This document shows, in pieces, positions 1 through 13,200 of a stretch of DNA of 64,000 nucleotides (position 1 is its first letter; each line of letters starts with the position of its first letter). The position numbers and the translations under genes were made by a program. The notes beneath the pieces were generated by a model. It had not been told where the DNA came from. It searched no databases and was given only the letters and a program-made list of their open reading frames with translations. The stretch lies in contig OZ024750.1 in the NCBI GenBank assembly GCA_964016885.1, forward strand, positions 28,830,001 through 28,894,000, in the 5' to 3' direction. This DNA is from Eledone cirrhosa. Lineage: Eukaryota.

Positions 1-3000
1 CGAGTCTGCCAACTACCTACCTTACTATAAATTACTGTCGTTCCTTTTCCACCCGAGCCTGCCAACTGCCTACCTTACTATAAATTACTGTCGTTCCTTT
101 TCCAGCCGAGTCTGCCAACTACCTACCTTACTATAAATTACTGTCGTTCCTTTTCCACCCGAGCCTGCCAACTACCTACCTTACTATAAATTACTGTCGT
201 TCCTTTTCCAGCCGAGTCTGCCAACTACCTACCTTACTATAAATTACTGTCGTTCCTTTTCCACCCGAGCCTGCCAACTGCCTACCTTACTATAAATTAC
301 TGTCGTTCCTTTTCCACCCGAGCCTGCCAACTACCTACCTTACTATAAATTACTGTCGTTCCTTTTCCACCCGAGCCTGCCAACTGCCTACCTTACTATA
401 AATTACTGTCGTTCCTTTTCCACCCGAGCCTGCCAACTACCTACCTTACTATAAATTACTGTCGTTCCTTTTCCAGCCGAGCCTGCCAACTACCTACCTT
501 ACTATAAATTACTGTCGTTCCTTTTCCAGCCGAGTCTGCCAACTACCTACCTTACTATAAATTACTGTCGTTCCTTTTCCACCCGAGCCTGCCAACTACC
601 TACCTTACTATAAATTACTGTCGTTCCTTTTCCACCCGAGCCTGCCAACTGCCTACCTTACTATAAATTACTGTCGTTCCTTTTCCACCCGAGCCTGCCA
701 ACTACCTACCTTACTATAAATTACTGTCGTTCCTTTTCCACCCGAGCCTGCCAACTGCCTACCTTACTATAAATTACTGTCGTTCCTTTTCCACCCGAGC
801 CTGCCAACTACCTACCTTACTATAAATTACTGTCGTTCCTTTTCCACCCGAGCCTGCCAACTACCTACCTTACTATAAATTACTGTCGTTCCTTTTCCAC
901 CCGAGCCTGCCAACTGCCTACCGTACTATAAATTACTGTCGTTCCTTTTCCACCCGAGCCTGCCAACTACCTACCTTACTATAAATTACTGTCGTTCCTT
1001 TTCCACCCGAGCCTGCCAACTGCCTACCTTACTATAAATTACTGTCGTTCCTTTTCCAGCCGAGTCTGCCAACTACCTACCTTACTATAAATTACTGTCG
1101 TTCCTTTTCCAGCCGAGCCTGCCAACTACCTACCTTACTATAAATTACTGTCGTTCCTTTTCCAGCCGAGCCTGCCAACTACCTACCTTACTATAAATTA
1201 CTGTCGTTCCTTTTCCAGCCGAGTCTGCCAACTACCTACCTTACTATAAATTACTGTCGTTCCTTTTCCACCCGAGCCTGCCAACTACCTACCTTACTAT
1301 AAATTACTGTCGTTCCTTTTCCACCCGAGCCTGCCAACTGCCTACCTTACTATAAATTACTGTCGTTCCTTTTCCAGCCCAGCCTGCCAACTGCCTACCT
1401 TACTATAAATTACTGTCGTTCCTTTTCCACCCGAGCCTGCCAACTACCTACCTTACTATAAATTACTGTCGTTCCTTTTCCAGCCGAGCCTGCCAACTAC
1501 CTACCTTACTATAAATTACTGTCGTTCCTTTTCCAGCCGAGTCTGCCAACTACCTACCTTACTATAAATTACTGTCGTTCCTTTTCCACCCGAGCCTGCC
1601 AACTACCTACCTTACTATAAATTACTGTCGTTCCTTTTCCACCCGAGCCTGCCAACTGCCTACCTTACTATAAATTACTGTCGTTCCTTTTCCAGCCCAG
1701 CCTGCCAACTGCCTACCTTACTATAAATTACTGTCGTTCCTTTTCCAGCCGAGTCTGCCAACTACCTACCTTACTATAAATTACTGTCGTTCCTTTTCCA
1801 CCCGAGCCTGCCAACTACCTACCTTACTATAAATTACTGTCGTTCCTTTTCCACCCAGCCTGCCAACTACCTACCTTACTATAAATTACTGTCGTTCCTT
1901 TTCCACCCGAGCCTGCCAACTGCCTACCTTACTATAAATTACTGTCGTTCCTTTTCCACCCAGCCTGCCAACTGCCTACCTTACTATAAATTACTGTCGT
2001 TCCTTTTCCACCCGAGCCTGCCAACTGCCTACCTTACTATAAATTACTGTCGTTCCTTTTCCAGCCGAGCCTGCCAACTACCTACCTTACTATAAATTAC
2101 TGTCGTTCCTTTTCCACCCGAGCCTGCCAACTGCCTACCTTACTATAAATTACTGTCGTTCCTTTTCCACCCGAGCCTGCCAACTACCTACCTTACTATA
2201 AATTACTGTCGTTCCTTTTCCAGCCGAGTCTGCCAACTACCTACCTTACTATAAATTACTGTCGTTCCTTTTCCACCCGAGCCTGCCAACTACCTACCTT
2301 ACTATAAATTACTGTCGTTCCTTTTCCACCCAGCCTGCCAACTACCTACCTTACTATAAATTACTGTCGTTCCTTTTCCACCCGAGCCTGCCAACTGCCT
2401 ACCTTACTATAAATTACTGTCGTTCCTTTTCCACCCAGCCTGCCAACTGCCTACCTTACTATAAATTACTGTCGTTCCTTTTCCACCCGAGCCTGCCAAC
2501 TGCCTACCTTACTATAAATTACTGTCGTTCCTTTTCCAGCCGAGCCTGCCAACTACCTACCTTACTATAAATTACTGTCGTTCCTTTTCCACCCGAGCCT
2601 GCCAACTGCCTACCTTACTATAAATTACTGTCGTTCCTTTTCCACCCGAGCCTGCCAACTACCTACCTTACTATAAATTACTGTCGTTCCTTTTCCAGCC
2701 GAGTCTGCCAACTACCTACCTTACTATAAATTACTGTCGTTCCTTTTCCACCCGAGCCTGCCAACTACCTACCTTACTATAAATTACTGTCGTTCCTTTT
2801 CCACCCAGCCTGCCAACTACCTACCTTACTATAAATTACTGTCGTTCCTTTTCCACCCGAGCCTGCCAACTGCCTACCTTACTATAAATTACTGTCGTTC
2901 CTTTTCCACCCAGCCTGCCAACTGCCTACCTTACTATAAATTACTGTCGTTCCTTTTCCACCCGAGCCTGCCAACTGCCTACCTTACTATAAATTACTGT

Positions 3001-3900
3001 CGTTCCTTTTCCACCCGAGCCTGCCAACTACCTACCTTACTATAAATTACTGTCGTTCCTTTTCCAGCCGAGTCTGCCAACTACCTACCTTACTATAAAT
3101 TACTGTCGTTCCTTTTCCACCCGAGCCTGCCAACTACCTACCTTACTATAAATTACTGTCGTTCCTTTTCCACCCAGCCTGCCAACTACCTACCTTACTA
3201 TAAATTACTGTCGTTCCTTTTCCAGCCGAGCCTGCCAACTACCTACCTTACTATAAATTACTGTCGTTCCTTTTCCAGCCGAGCCTGCCAACTACCTACC
3301 TTACTATAAATTACGGTCGTTCCTTTTCCAGCCCAGCCTGCCAACTATCTACCTTACTATAAATTACGGTCGTTCCTTTTCCAGCCCAGCCTGCCAACTA
3401 CCTACCTTACTATAAATTACGGTCGTTCCTTTTCCAGCCCAGCCTGCCAACTATCTACCTTACTATAAATTACGGTCGTTCCTTTTCCAGCCCAGCCTGC
3501 CAACTACCTACCTTACTATAAATTACTGTCTTTCCTTTTCCAGCCCAGCCTGCCAACTATCTACCTTACTATAAATTACGGTCGTTCCTTTTCCAGTCGA
3601 GCCTGCCAACTACCTACCTTACTATAAATTACTGTCGTTCCTTTTCCAGTCGAGCCTGCCAACTACCTACCTTACTATAAATTACGGTCGTTCCTTTTCC
3701 AGCCCAGCCTGCCAACTACCTATCTTACTATAAATTACTGTCGTTCCTTTTCCAGCCCAGCGGCCAACTGCCTACCTTACTATAAATTACTGTCGTTCCT
3801 TTTCCAGCCCAGCCTGCCAACTGCCTACCTTACTATAAATTACGGTCGTTCCTTTTCCAGCCGAGCCTGCCAACTATCTACCTTACTATAAATTACTGTC
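1..3900. repeat. 53-bp tandem satellite (~73 copies, open at the window start)
   Basis: Unit cgag(c/t)ctgccaact(a/g)cctaccttactataaattactgtcgttccttttcca(c/g)c recurs at 1, 54, 107 and onward. 52-bp deletion variants appear from ~1850, and more divergent variants occur at 3300-3900. Confidence 0.98.
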
Positions 3901-4109
3901 GACCACATTCAACGAACGCTTCCCTTCATTAGCAAATAGCTTTCTTCTAAGTTTACTTATTTTGTTTTTTTGTTTTTGTTTTTGCTTTTCCATCGCTCTC
4001 TAAGTATTAACAGATGTATTAGGAGAATGGTAAAATGTCGGTTGGAGAGAGAGAGGGAGGGGGGAGAAAGAGAGAGGTGAGAAAGAGAGAGAGAGAAGAA
4101 GAAATGCAT

Positions 4110-4146
4110 CATAAACACACACAAACATATATTCATATATATATAC

Positions 4147-4211
<65 letters not shown>

Positions 4212-4330
4212 TATAAACATATATAAATATATACACACTATAAACATATATAAATATACTGACACTATAAACACACATATATATATATATATATATAAAC
4301 ACTATAAACATATATATATACACACTATAA

Positions 4331-4361
<31 letters not shown>

Positions 4362-4684
4362 AATACACTATAAACATGTATATATATATATACACACTAT
4401 AAACATATATATATATACACACTATAAACATGTATATATATATACACACACTATAAACATGTATATATATATACACACTATAAACATGTATATATATATA
4501 TACACACACTACAAACATATATATATATATATACACACACACTATAAACATATATATATACACTATATATGTATTTATATATATATATACTGTGCGTATG
4601 TATACATATATGTATGTGTACATACTTATATTTAAGTAACAGCCGTACTAAGATTGGGAAATGAGATTTCGTTTCATTTTTTCC

Positions 4685-4734
<50 letters not shown>

Positions 4735-4791
4735 TATATATGTATTTATATATATCTATATACACTATATATGTATTTATATATATCTATA

Positions 4792-4826
<35 letters not shown>

Positions 4827-4974
4827 TATATATGTATTTATATATATATATATATATATGTATTTATATATATATATATATACACTATATAGGTATTTAT
4901 ATATATATATATGTATTTATATATATATATATATATATATATACACTATATATGTATTTATATATATATATATG

Positions 4975-5021
<47 letters not shown>

Positions 5022-5091
5022 TATAAAAATATATATATATATATATATATAAGTATATATTACACAAAGAGAAATGTGTAATTCCGATTTT

Positions 5092-5146
<55 letters not shown>
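4110..5146. repeat. Compound (TA)n/(CA)n microsatellite with recurring acactataaaca and acactatatatgtattt motifs
   Basis: Direct inspection. Confidence 0.9.
4590..4685 (+). mobile_element. Diverged 3' fragment of the 506-bp hammerhead element family
   Basis: catacttatatttaagtaacagccgtactaagattgggaaatgagatttcgtttcattttt matches 7176-7240 and ends at a (TA)n tract at about the same point. Confidence 0.75.
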
Positions 5147-5150
<4 letters not shown>

Positions 5151-5206
5151 GTAAGTATGTATGTATACGTACATACATATATGTATACAGACGTACAGTA
5201 GCATGC

Positions 5207-5247
<41 letters not shown>

Positions 5248-5430
5248 CATACACATATATACACACATGCATACAGGTACACATACATATATGCACGCAT
5301 CAGTTTAGCCGGCGTTTATTATAACGCCGGCCGCTTTGTTCGTTTGTTTGTCAACAAAGCGAACAGCCTGAATTTATGCCATACGGTGTTAAGGCAACCA
5401 CGTCACCTTTTTGTTCAACACTGACACAGG

Positions 5431-5475
5431 AACGATGTACTAGTTTCAAGCTTGTTAGCTATCATCAGCACCGTT
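5431..5475 (-). ncRNA. Minimal type I hammerhead ribozyme
   Basis: Reverse complement reads AACGGUG-CUGAUGA-U AGCU AACA AGCU U-GAAA-CUAG-UA-CAUCGUU: 7-bp stem I, conserved core, stem II, palindromic ACUAGU stem III, GUA cleavage triplet. Confidence 0.88.
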
Positions 5476-5712
5476 TACCCATCTGCCAGATAGTTGAACG
5501 TTCGAAAGTATATACTTTCCTTATGAAAATTAACGGCTGAGCAGCCTAATTTGCATATTGAGTGAGTTAAATCGGTCAGGCATACCGAAAACGATAAGTT
5601 GAAAAAAATTAAAACGAAATTTCATTTCTCACTCTTAGTATGGCACTTACTTAAATGTAAGTATGTATGTATACGTACATACATATATGTATACAGACGT
5701 ACAGTAGCATGC

Positions 5713-5753
<41 letters not shown>

Positions 5754-5936
5754 CATACACATATATACACACATGCATACAGGTACACATACATATATGC
5801 ACGCATCAGTTTAGCCGGCGTTTATTATAACGCCGGCCGCTTTGTTCGTTTGTTTGTCAACAAAGCGAACAGCCTGAATTTATGCCATACGGTGTTAAGG
5901 CAACCACGTCACCTTTTTGTTCAACACTGACACAGG

Positions 5937-5981
5937 AACGATGTACTAGTTTCAAGCTTGTTAGCTATCATCAGCACCGTT
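5937..5981 (-). ncRNA. Minimal type I hammerhead ribozyme (tandem copy 2)
   Basis: Identical to 5431-5475 and offset by 506 bp. Confidence 0.88.
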
Positions 5982-6218
5982 TACCCATCTGCCAGATAGT
6001 TGAACGTTCGAAAGTATATACTTTCCTTATGAAAATTAACGGCTGAGCAGCCTAATTTGCATATTGAGTGAGTTAAATCGGTCAGGCATACCGAAAACGA
6101 TAAGTTGAAAAAAATGAAAACGAAATTTCATTTCTCACTCTTAGTATGGCACTTACTTAAATGTAAGTATGTATGTATACGTACATACATATATGTATAC
6201 AGACGTACAGTAGCATGC

Positions 6219-6267
<49 letters not shown>

Positions 6268-6841
6268 CATACACATATATACACACATGCATACAGGTAC
6301 ACATACATATATGCACGCATCAGTTTAGCCGGCGTTTATTATAACGCCGGCCGCTTTGTTCGTTTGTTTGTCAACAAAGCGAACAGCCTGTGTCAGTGTT
6401 GAACAAAAAGGTGACGTGGTTGCCTTAACACCGTATGGCATAAATTCAGGCTGTTCGCTTTGTTGACAAACAAACGAACAAAGCGGCCGGCGTTATAATA
6501 AACGCCGGCTAAACTGATGCGTGCATCTATGTATGTGTACCTGTATGCATGAGTGTATATATGTGTATGTATGTATATATATATATATATATTTGTATAT
6601 ATATGCATGCTACTGTACGTCTGTATACATATATGTATGTACGTATACATACATACTTACATTTAAGTAAGTGCCATACTAAGAGTGAGAAATGAAATTT
6701 CGTTTTCATTTTTTTCAACTTATCGTTTTCGGTATGCCTGACCGATTTAACTCACTCAATATGCAAATTAGGCTGCTCAGCCGTTAATTTTCATAAGGAA
6801 AGTATATACTTTCGAACGTTCAACTATCTGGCAGATGGGTA

Positions 6842-6886
6842 AACGGTGCTGATGATAGCTAACAAGCTTGAAACTAGTACATCGTT
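6842..6886 (+). ncRNA. Minimal type I hammerhead ribozyme (inverted copy 3)
   Basis: aacggtg 6842-48, ctgatga 6849-55, stem II agct-aaca-agct, gaaa 6870-73, ctag, ta 6878-79, catcgtt 6880-86. Predicted cleavage after 6879. Confidence 0.9.
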
Positions 6887-7069
6887 CCTGTGTCAGTGTT
6901 GAACAAAAAGGTGACGTGGTTGCCTTAACACCGTATGGCATAAATTCAGGCTGTTCGCTTTGTTGACAAACAAACGAACAAAGCGGCCGGCGTTATAATA
7001 AACGCCGGCTAAACTGATGCGTGCATATATGTATGTGTACCTGTATGCATGTGTGTATATATGTGTATG

Positions 7070-7128
<59 letters not shown>

Positions 7129-7609
7129 GCATGCTACTGTGCGTCTGCATACATATATGTATGTACGTATACATACATACTTACATTTAAGTAAGTGCCA
7201 TACTAAGAGTGAGAAATGAAATTTCGTTTTCATTTTTCTCAACTTATATATATATATATAAACATATATATATATATATATATATATATACACTATAAAC
7301 ATATTTATATATATACACCATAAATATATATATATGTATGTGTATGTTTGTATGTGGATGTAAAAGGACCGGGAAACGAGTAGAATGTAGGTATGTGAAG
7401 AGAAAAAGGTTAACAAGCATAAACAAAGTAATATTTGTGAAACAAAAAGATAAGATTGAGAGGAAAATGGTGGAAGGTAGAGAAAGAGTTCTACAAAACT
7501 AGATAGAAAGGTAGATAAGGAAATAGCTTTAGAAGATATTCTATGGACGAAACGGATACGAAAAGGAAGAAACAAATTAAAACATATGTCTGATGTATAT
7601 TATATATAT

Positions 7610-7641
7610 ATAATTATATGTATGTGTGTATATGTATGTAC

Positions 7642-7699
<58 letters not shown>

Positions 7700-7720
7700 A
7701 TATGTATGTGTGTATATATA

Positions 7721-7761
<41 letters not shown>

Positions 7762-7806
7762 GTATGTGTATGTATATGTATGTGTATGTATATGTATGTG
7801 TGTATG

Positions 7807-7838
<32 letters not shown>

Positions 7839-7862
7839 TGTGTATGTGTGTATGTATATATA

Positions 7863-7893
<31 letters not shown>

Positions 7894-7904
7894 TTATGTA
7901 TATG

Positions 7905-7951
<47 letters not shown>

Positions 7952-8019
7952 ATATATATATATATATATAGATATATTTATGTATATATGTATGTATGTG
8001 TGTATGTATATATATATTC

Positions 8020-8052
<33 letters not shown>
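7610..8052. repeat. TA/TG/TATG compound microsatellite
   Basis: Direct inspection. Confidence 0.9.
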
Positions 8053-8583
8053 AATTATGTATGTATGCAAGTAGGTATATACATATGGGTGACTAGATAG
8101 ACAGATGTGGAATTGACATACTGGGTTAGTTATATAACGGAAATTGTAATCAAATTCGAGATTGACAGTAGAGAATAAGGAATCTACTGAAAATTACCTT
8201 TGATTCAACAAGGTGCAGCTTTCGATTCCTTACGGTGGCATTTTCAAATAAAAATATTCCTTACAAATTCGCTTCCAGTTTCCAAATGTCCGTATAACTC
8301 TCTACTCTTATATATATATTATTGATTTGATGAAAGCTGGTTGATCAAATAATCTGCCGACTTTTTCGTAAACAGACATAAAACACTCTAACATGTGTAT
8401 ATCTTATGATTTTCTCTGCAAGGTATCAACCGGAGTTTTAGTATAATAAATGTGAGAGATGGTTTTATTCGTACATCTATCTTCATTCTATTACCTAATA
8501 AAATGAAGATGTACGACTAAAACCGTCTTTTTTATTTATTATACTCATATATATAAATATTATACTCATATATATATTATACT

Positions 8584-8625
<42 letters not shown>

Positions 8626-8710
8626 GGAAAAATTTGAACAGGGACAAAACAGAGAGGCAGTACAACAAATGTTTATTAATTTCACGCTCTGGAGAGTGGG
8701 GTGTTGGTGG

Positions 8711-8743
8711 GGGACGACGTTTCGGGCATAAGCCCTTCCTCAG
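8711..8743 (-). ncRNA. Degenerate hammerhead-like motif
   Basis: Reverse complement CUGAGGA-A-GGGC UUAU GCCC-GAAA-CGUCG-UC, with AATAAA ~35 nt downstream. Stem I does not pair. Confidence 0.5.
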
Positions 8744-9476
8744 GAGGGAAGTGTGTGGGAACAGAGTTCAAAGGGTGTGTAGGGGAGTGGTGGAGAGACA
8801 TATAGCGAAAGGAAATGGTGCGAATGAAAAAATAAAAAATAAAGATAAAAATAAAAATAAAGCATGATCAAAATACAAGGAATGAGATAAATTTAAAAAT
8901 AAAGGCATGATCAAAATAAACTGAAATTAAAAGGGGGTTAAACAGGTGGTGGAAGGGTGTGGGGTGTGTAGGGGTGGTGGCGGGTGGAGTGGGGAGAGGG
9001 AGACGGGGTGTCCGAGCGGGGAGGGCTGAAGGTGGTGTGTGTGTGTAGGTGTGCGTGTGTGTGTGTGTGTGTGTGTATGTGAAAGTAAGGGTTGGGGGAA
9101 GAACGGGGTTGCATGTTCAGGAAGAGGTGTGTGTGGGGGGGGAGTTTGTGGATCGGAGTGTCTGTGCGTGTGTGGATAGAGGGGTGGGGGGGAGAGGAAT
9201 CAGGAGGCTGAGGGTGTAGATATGTGGTGGAAAGCACGTGTGTGGGGTTTAAGCGTGTTGTGGGTGTAGGTGGCGTGTGGAGAAAAAATTTTTTTGGGGG
9301 GTATATAGGTGGTTACGTAAGAGGATGGTTGAAAAGTTGGTAAATTCCGAAGATGTTTAGTGGATTGGTGGCTGGTCAATTTCATATATATATATATATA
9401 TATGACTATCCAGCGAATTTCCGACCGATAAGGTTGAATCTTCATGGGTACGTCTTTATTTATAAAACAAACTTTG

Positions 9477-9541
9477 TATTTTATCTGATGAAAGCGCACC
9501 AAGGTTGGCTTAGTTGCCCTTGAAATATATATAATAAAATA
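9477..9541 (+). ncRNA. Type I hammerhead ribozyme (family shared with 54238-54302)
   Basis: tattttat, ctgatga 9485-91, stem II aag-c-gca...tgc-c-ctt, gaaa 9522-25, tatata, ta, ataaaata (8-bp stem I). Confidence 0.78.
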
Positions 9542-9654
9542 AATATGGTTTTATAAATATAGTTTCCATTTATTTAATATCATGGTATATATATATATAT
9601 ATATTTATTTATTAAAATAACAGATTAAAGTTTAAGCAAAGAATCGCTGCTTTC

Positions 9655-10017
<363 letters not shown>

Positions 10018-10077
10018 CATAACTCGTGTGTTACACCTCTATTCTTTTAAATATATATATATACATATATATATATA

Positions 10078-10190
10078 ATCATCAAATCATCACCATTTAA
10101 CGGGTCCTGGTCGTACGTTTTGTTTTGGCCTGGTTTCTCCAACTGGATGCCCTTCCTATCACCAATCTCTTTTACAGCGTATACTAGCAG
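10078..10190 (-). mobile_element. Fragment of a (ATG/CAT)n-tailed interspersed repeat; related fragment at 28909-29085
   Basis: The start catcaccatttaacg resembles catcatcatcgtttaacgtcc at 28924, and both carry a ctttacag(c/t)gt motif. Family assignment is from recall. Confidence 0.45.
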
Positions 10191-10509
10191 AAAAACCACC
10201 TTTCGGTGGTTTTCTGGTAACATGTGTAGTGTGCATATTGATATTATACGCAAATATATATGCATGTAGATATGATACGACACATGAAATCGTAATTGAC
10301 AATATGCACAGAAATTGAACGAAGACTGTGTTACACTCTCTTTTGTAGTCAGTAAAGTAATCCATGATACATTAAAAAAAGACGATATTATATATAAACT
10401 GCATATATTATTAAACTAAAATGTTATGAAAACGAAAAAGGAGAAACTTAGCGACGGAAATATAAACTTTATATAACGATGCAAATATATGAACGTTTAT
10501 ATAAGCGAT

Positions 10510-10650
10510 GTAATAACGTCCCTTTACGATCTGAGTTAAAATCCCGCCGAGGTTGACTTTGCCTTTCATCCTTACGGGGTCGATAAAATAAAGTACCAGT
10601 AATGCACTGGGTAATTGCTGGCCTTGTGCCTAAAGTAGAAACAATTATAA
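10510..10650 (+). mobile_element. tRNA-derived SINE, family A
   Basis: B-box-like gagtt(c/a)aaatccc, conserved body gccgaggttgactttgcctttcatccttacggggtcgataaaataaagtaccag, tail ggccttgtgcctaaagtagaaacaatta. Confidence 0.85.
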
Positions 10651-10799
10651 TATAACAACCGCTAACCGGAAGTATTTCCATTTGAAAATTTTAAAGAAGT
10701 GAAACTTAAAATAAGCAATACTTTATATATAAGAATATTTATGTTTAATCAAGAGCTACGAAATTTAGTAGATAAATTATGTAATATTCATTCATTACT

Positions 10800-10990
10800 T
10801 TGTGGATTGGCAGTATCGGTAGAGGGTCGGACGCCATGATTTGCAGCACAGTTATGTCCCTTTGCGGACTGAGTTCAAATCCCGCCGAGGTTAACTTTGC
10901 CTTTCATCCTTATGGGGTCGATAAAATAAAGTACCAGTAATACACTGGGATAATTGCTGACCTTGTGCCAAAAAGTAGAAACAATTATTT
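10800..10990 (+). mobile_element. tRNA-derived SINE, family A (near full length)
   Basis: Head ggattggcagtatcggtagagggtcgg, B box gagttcaaatccc, same body and tail. Confidence 0.88.
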
Positions 10991-11081
10991 ATTCAAAGTA
11001 ATCCAACTTATTTTACTAACGGGATAAAAAAATATATAAAACGGACACAGTCCGGCACTCCTCCCTCTATTATATTTTAGA

Positions 11082-12033
11082 CTAGCAGTAAAGCCCGGCG
11101 TTGCTCGGGGTCGCTCAGTAGTTGTGTTAAAGTTACAATGTTAAGTTTCTTTCTTGGCTTAAAAACTGTAGTGTCTACTGTGCAGACTTGCATGTGGTGT
11201 TTTTGATTAATATTCCCTCAACCAACAATATGCCTTATGAAGTTAAGAAAACATAACGATAACCCGAATGTTATAACAAAAGAGGATGCTGGGGATAGAA
11301 ACTGCACTGGTTATTTATTAACAAAGATCGAAAATGTAAACACTGCAACGCAGAGAAAAACATTAGCGTAACCAAATTATCAGTTGTGTCTGTCTGCACG
11401 CCTATATCACCTCTCTGCACGACTGTCTGTCTGCACGCCTATATCACCTCTCTGCACGACTGTCTGTCTGCACGCCTATATCACCTCTCTGCACGACTGT
11501 CTGTCTGCACGCCTATATCACCTCTCTGCACGACTATCTGTCTGCACGCGTATATCACCTCTCTGCACGACTGTCTGTCTGCACGACTGTCTGTCTGCAC
11601 GCCTAACGACGAAATATTTGCTTGTTTTACGTAGTCTTTAAATAGACTTGTTTTCAAGTAAAAATATTGTTTTAAAATGCTTTTAAATGGAAATGAAGCA
11701 AAACGGAAACTTAGTGTTCGAACTGATGAATTTTGCAGGTCAATATTTTGCTGGCTCGACAACTGTTAAAGCCAGCGTAATTTTTTACGTAAGACGCTCA
11801 ATGTAAACAGAACAAAGGGAAATAACTGATCACTTACGCTCAAAAATCGATACATTATATTCGATTTCGTCACATAGGGTAGGTCAATTTGAAATATTTT
11901 TTTTCCCGATGTCTTCGCTAGGGCTCAATGTACAAGTATAGCAATTTCGGTGCAATTCCGTGAGAGATTCTAAGAGGAGATGTGTGCCAAAAATCGATAG
12001 ACAGACAGACAACCACAGTTTTATATATATAGA
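11082..12033 (-). mobile_element. Non-autonomous Helitron (~950 bp)
   Basis: The minus strand begins A|TCTATATATATAAAA...GTCTGTCTGT and ends with the hairpin CCCGAGCAACGCCGGG ~10 nt before CTAG|T. No TSD. Confidence 0.82.
11386..11605. repeat. 37-bp minisatellite (~5.5 copies) inside the Helitron
   Basis: tgtctgtctgcacgcctatatcacctctctgcacgac at 11424, 11461 and onward. Confidence 0.95.
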
Positions 12034-12039
12034 TTATTA

Positions 12040-12460
12040 AGGGTGATCGATTGACAATATCGATAGAACGTCGGATATGCTTTGCGGCGTAAAGTTACGG
12101 CCTTTTATGTTCTAAGTTCAAATCCTGCCGAGGTTAGCTTTGCCTTTCATCTTTACGGGGTCGATAAAATAAAGTACCAGTAACGAATTAGGGTCAATTT
12201 AATCGACGCCCCCTCCCCTTCAAATTGCTGGCCTTGTGCCTGAATCAGAAATCATTATTATTATTACGGTGGATTGGTAGTATCGGTAGAGGGTCGGACG
12301 TCATGCTTTGACGCATAGAGTTACGGCCCTTTCTATTCTGAGTTCAAATCCCGCCCAGGTTAACTTTGCCTTTCATCCTTACGGAGCCGATAAAATAAAG
12401 TACCAGTAATGTACTGGGTACTTGCTGGCCTTGTGCCAAAAGTAGAAACAATTATTATTA
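12040..12460 (+). mobile_element. Two head-to-tail family A SINEs
   Basis: Copies at ~12040-12265 and ~12268-12460, each with a B box and the conserved body, joined at an (att)n tail. Confidence 0.85.
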
Positions 12461-12872
12461 TTATCATTATCAATGTAGCAAATAAATGAATAATTAATCA
12501 ACCATTTTAAACATTACACCGCTGTACACTCCCACAGCCTACACCCACACCTCACAGCCACACACCCGCCCTACACTCTCACCCCACAGCCTACAGCCCC
12601 ACCCCCACCACACCCTACTCCAACTCCACCACAACCATCATTGTGTATTGTTGTAATGAAAGCGAAAGCTATTATAAAGTGTCTAGAATACCAACAACAA
12701 TAACAACAGCAAATCAACAAAAATATTACAGGTAGGTGATTAAAGGTGAATAAAATCAGGTGAAGAAAGAGATAATTTATTGTGTATCCAAGAAAAACAT
12801 ATATACACACAGACATATATATATACATACACATATACATAAAATCATACATACATACATACATATACATAA

Positions 12873-12983
<111 letters not shown>

Positions 12984-12987
12984 TATT

Positions 12988-13021
<34 letters not shown>

Positions 13022-13200
13022 AATGAAATAATTCCATCGGAAAAGTCCAGGAAAAAAGAGTGCTCTATGTAGGCAATATATATATATATACATATATATA
13101 TATAAGAGAGTATTGAAGTTTGCTTGAAGCATTGTGGAACAATAAGTAAATATCTTTAAGTCGTTTTGGAAGCCTCGACAATGCAAATGGGTAAATCTCC

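Larger units (their letters stand above)
5147..7245. mobile_element. Tandem and inverted array of a 506-bp non-coding unit carrying a hammerhead ribozyme (Penelope-like pLTR or retrozyme-like)
   Basis: Direct repeats with period 506 (5161/5667, 5431/5937). Orientation switches at 6387-6390. Arms 5596-6390 and 6447-7245 are reverse complements. (TA)n flanks both sides. Confidence 0.88.

Noticed and set aside
1-3900. CRISPR-like regular repeats (also the 37-bp and 94-bp arrays)
   Set aside because: There are no unique spacers and no cas genes, and the context is eukaryotic.
5161-5424. Repeated 87-aa ORF in the 506-bp unit
   Set aside because: Half of it is microsatellite-derived, and it lies antisense to the ribozyme and AATAAA strand.
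10800-10890. tRNA genes suggested by A/B boxes
   Set aside because: No cloverleaf forms, and the boxes are followed by the SINE body in every copy.
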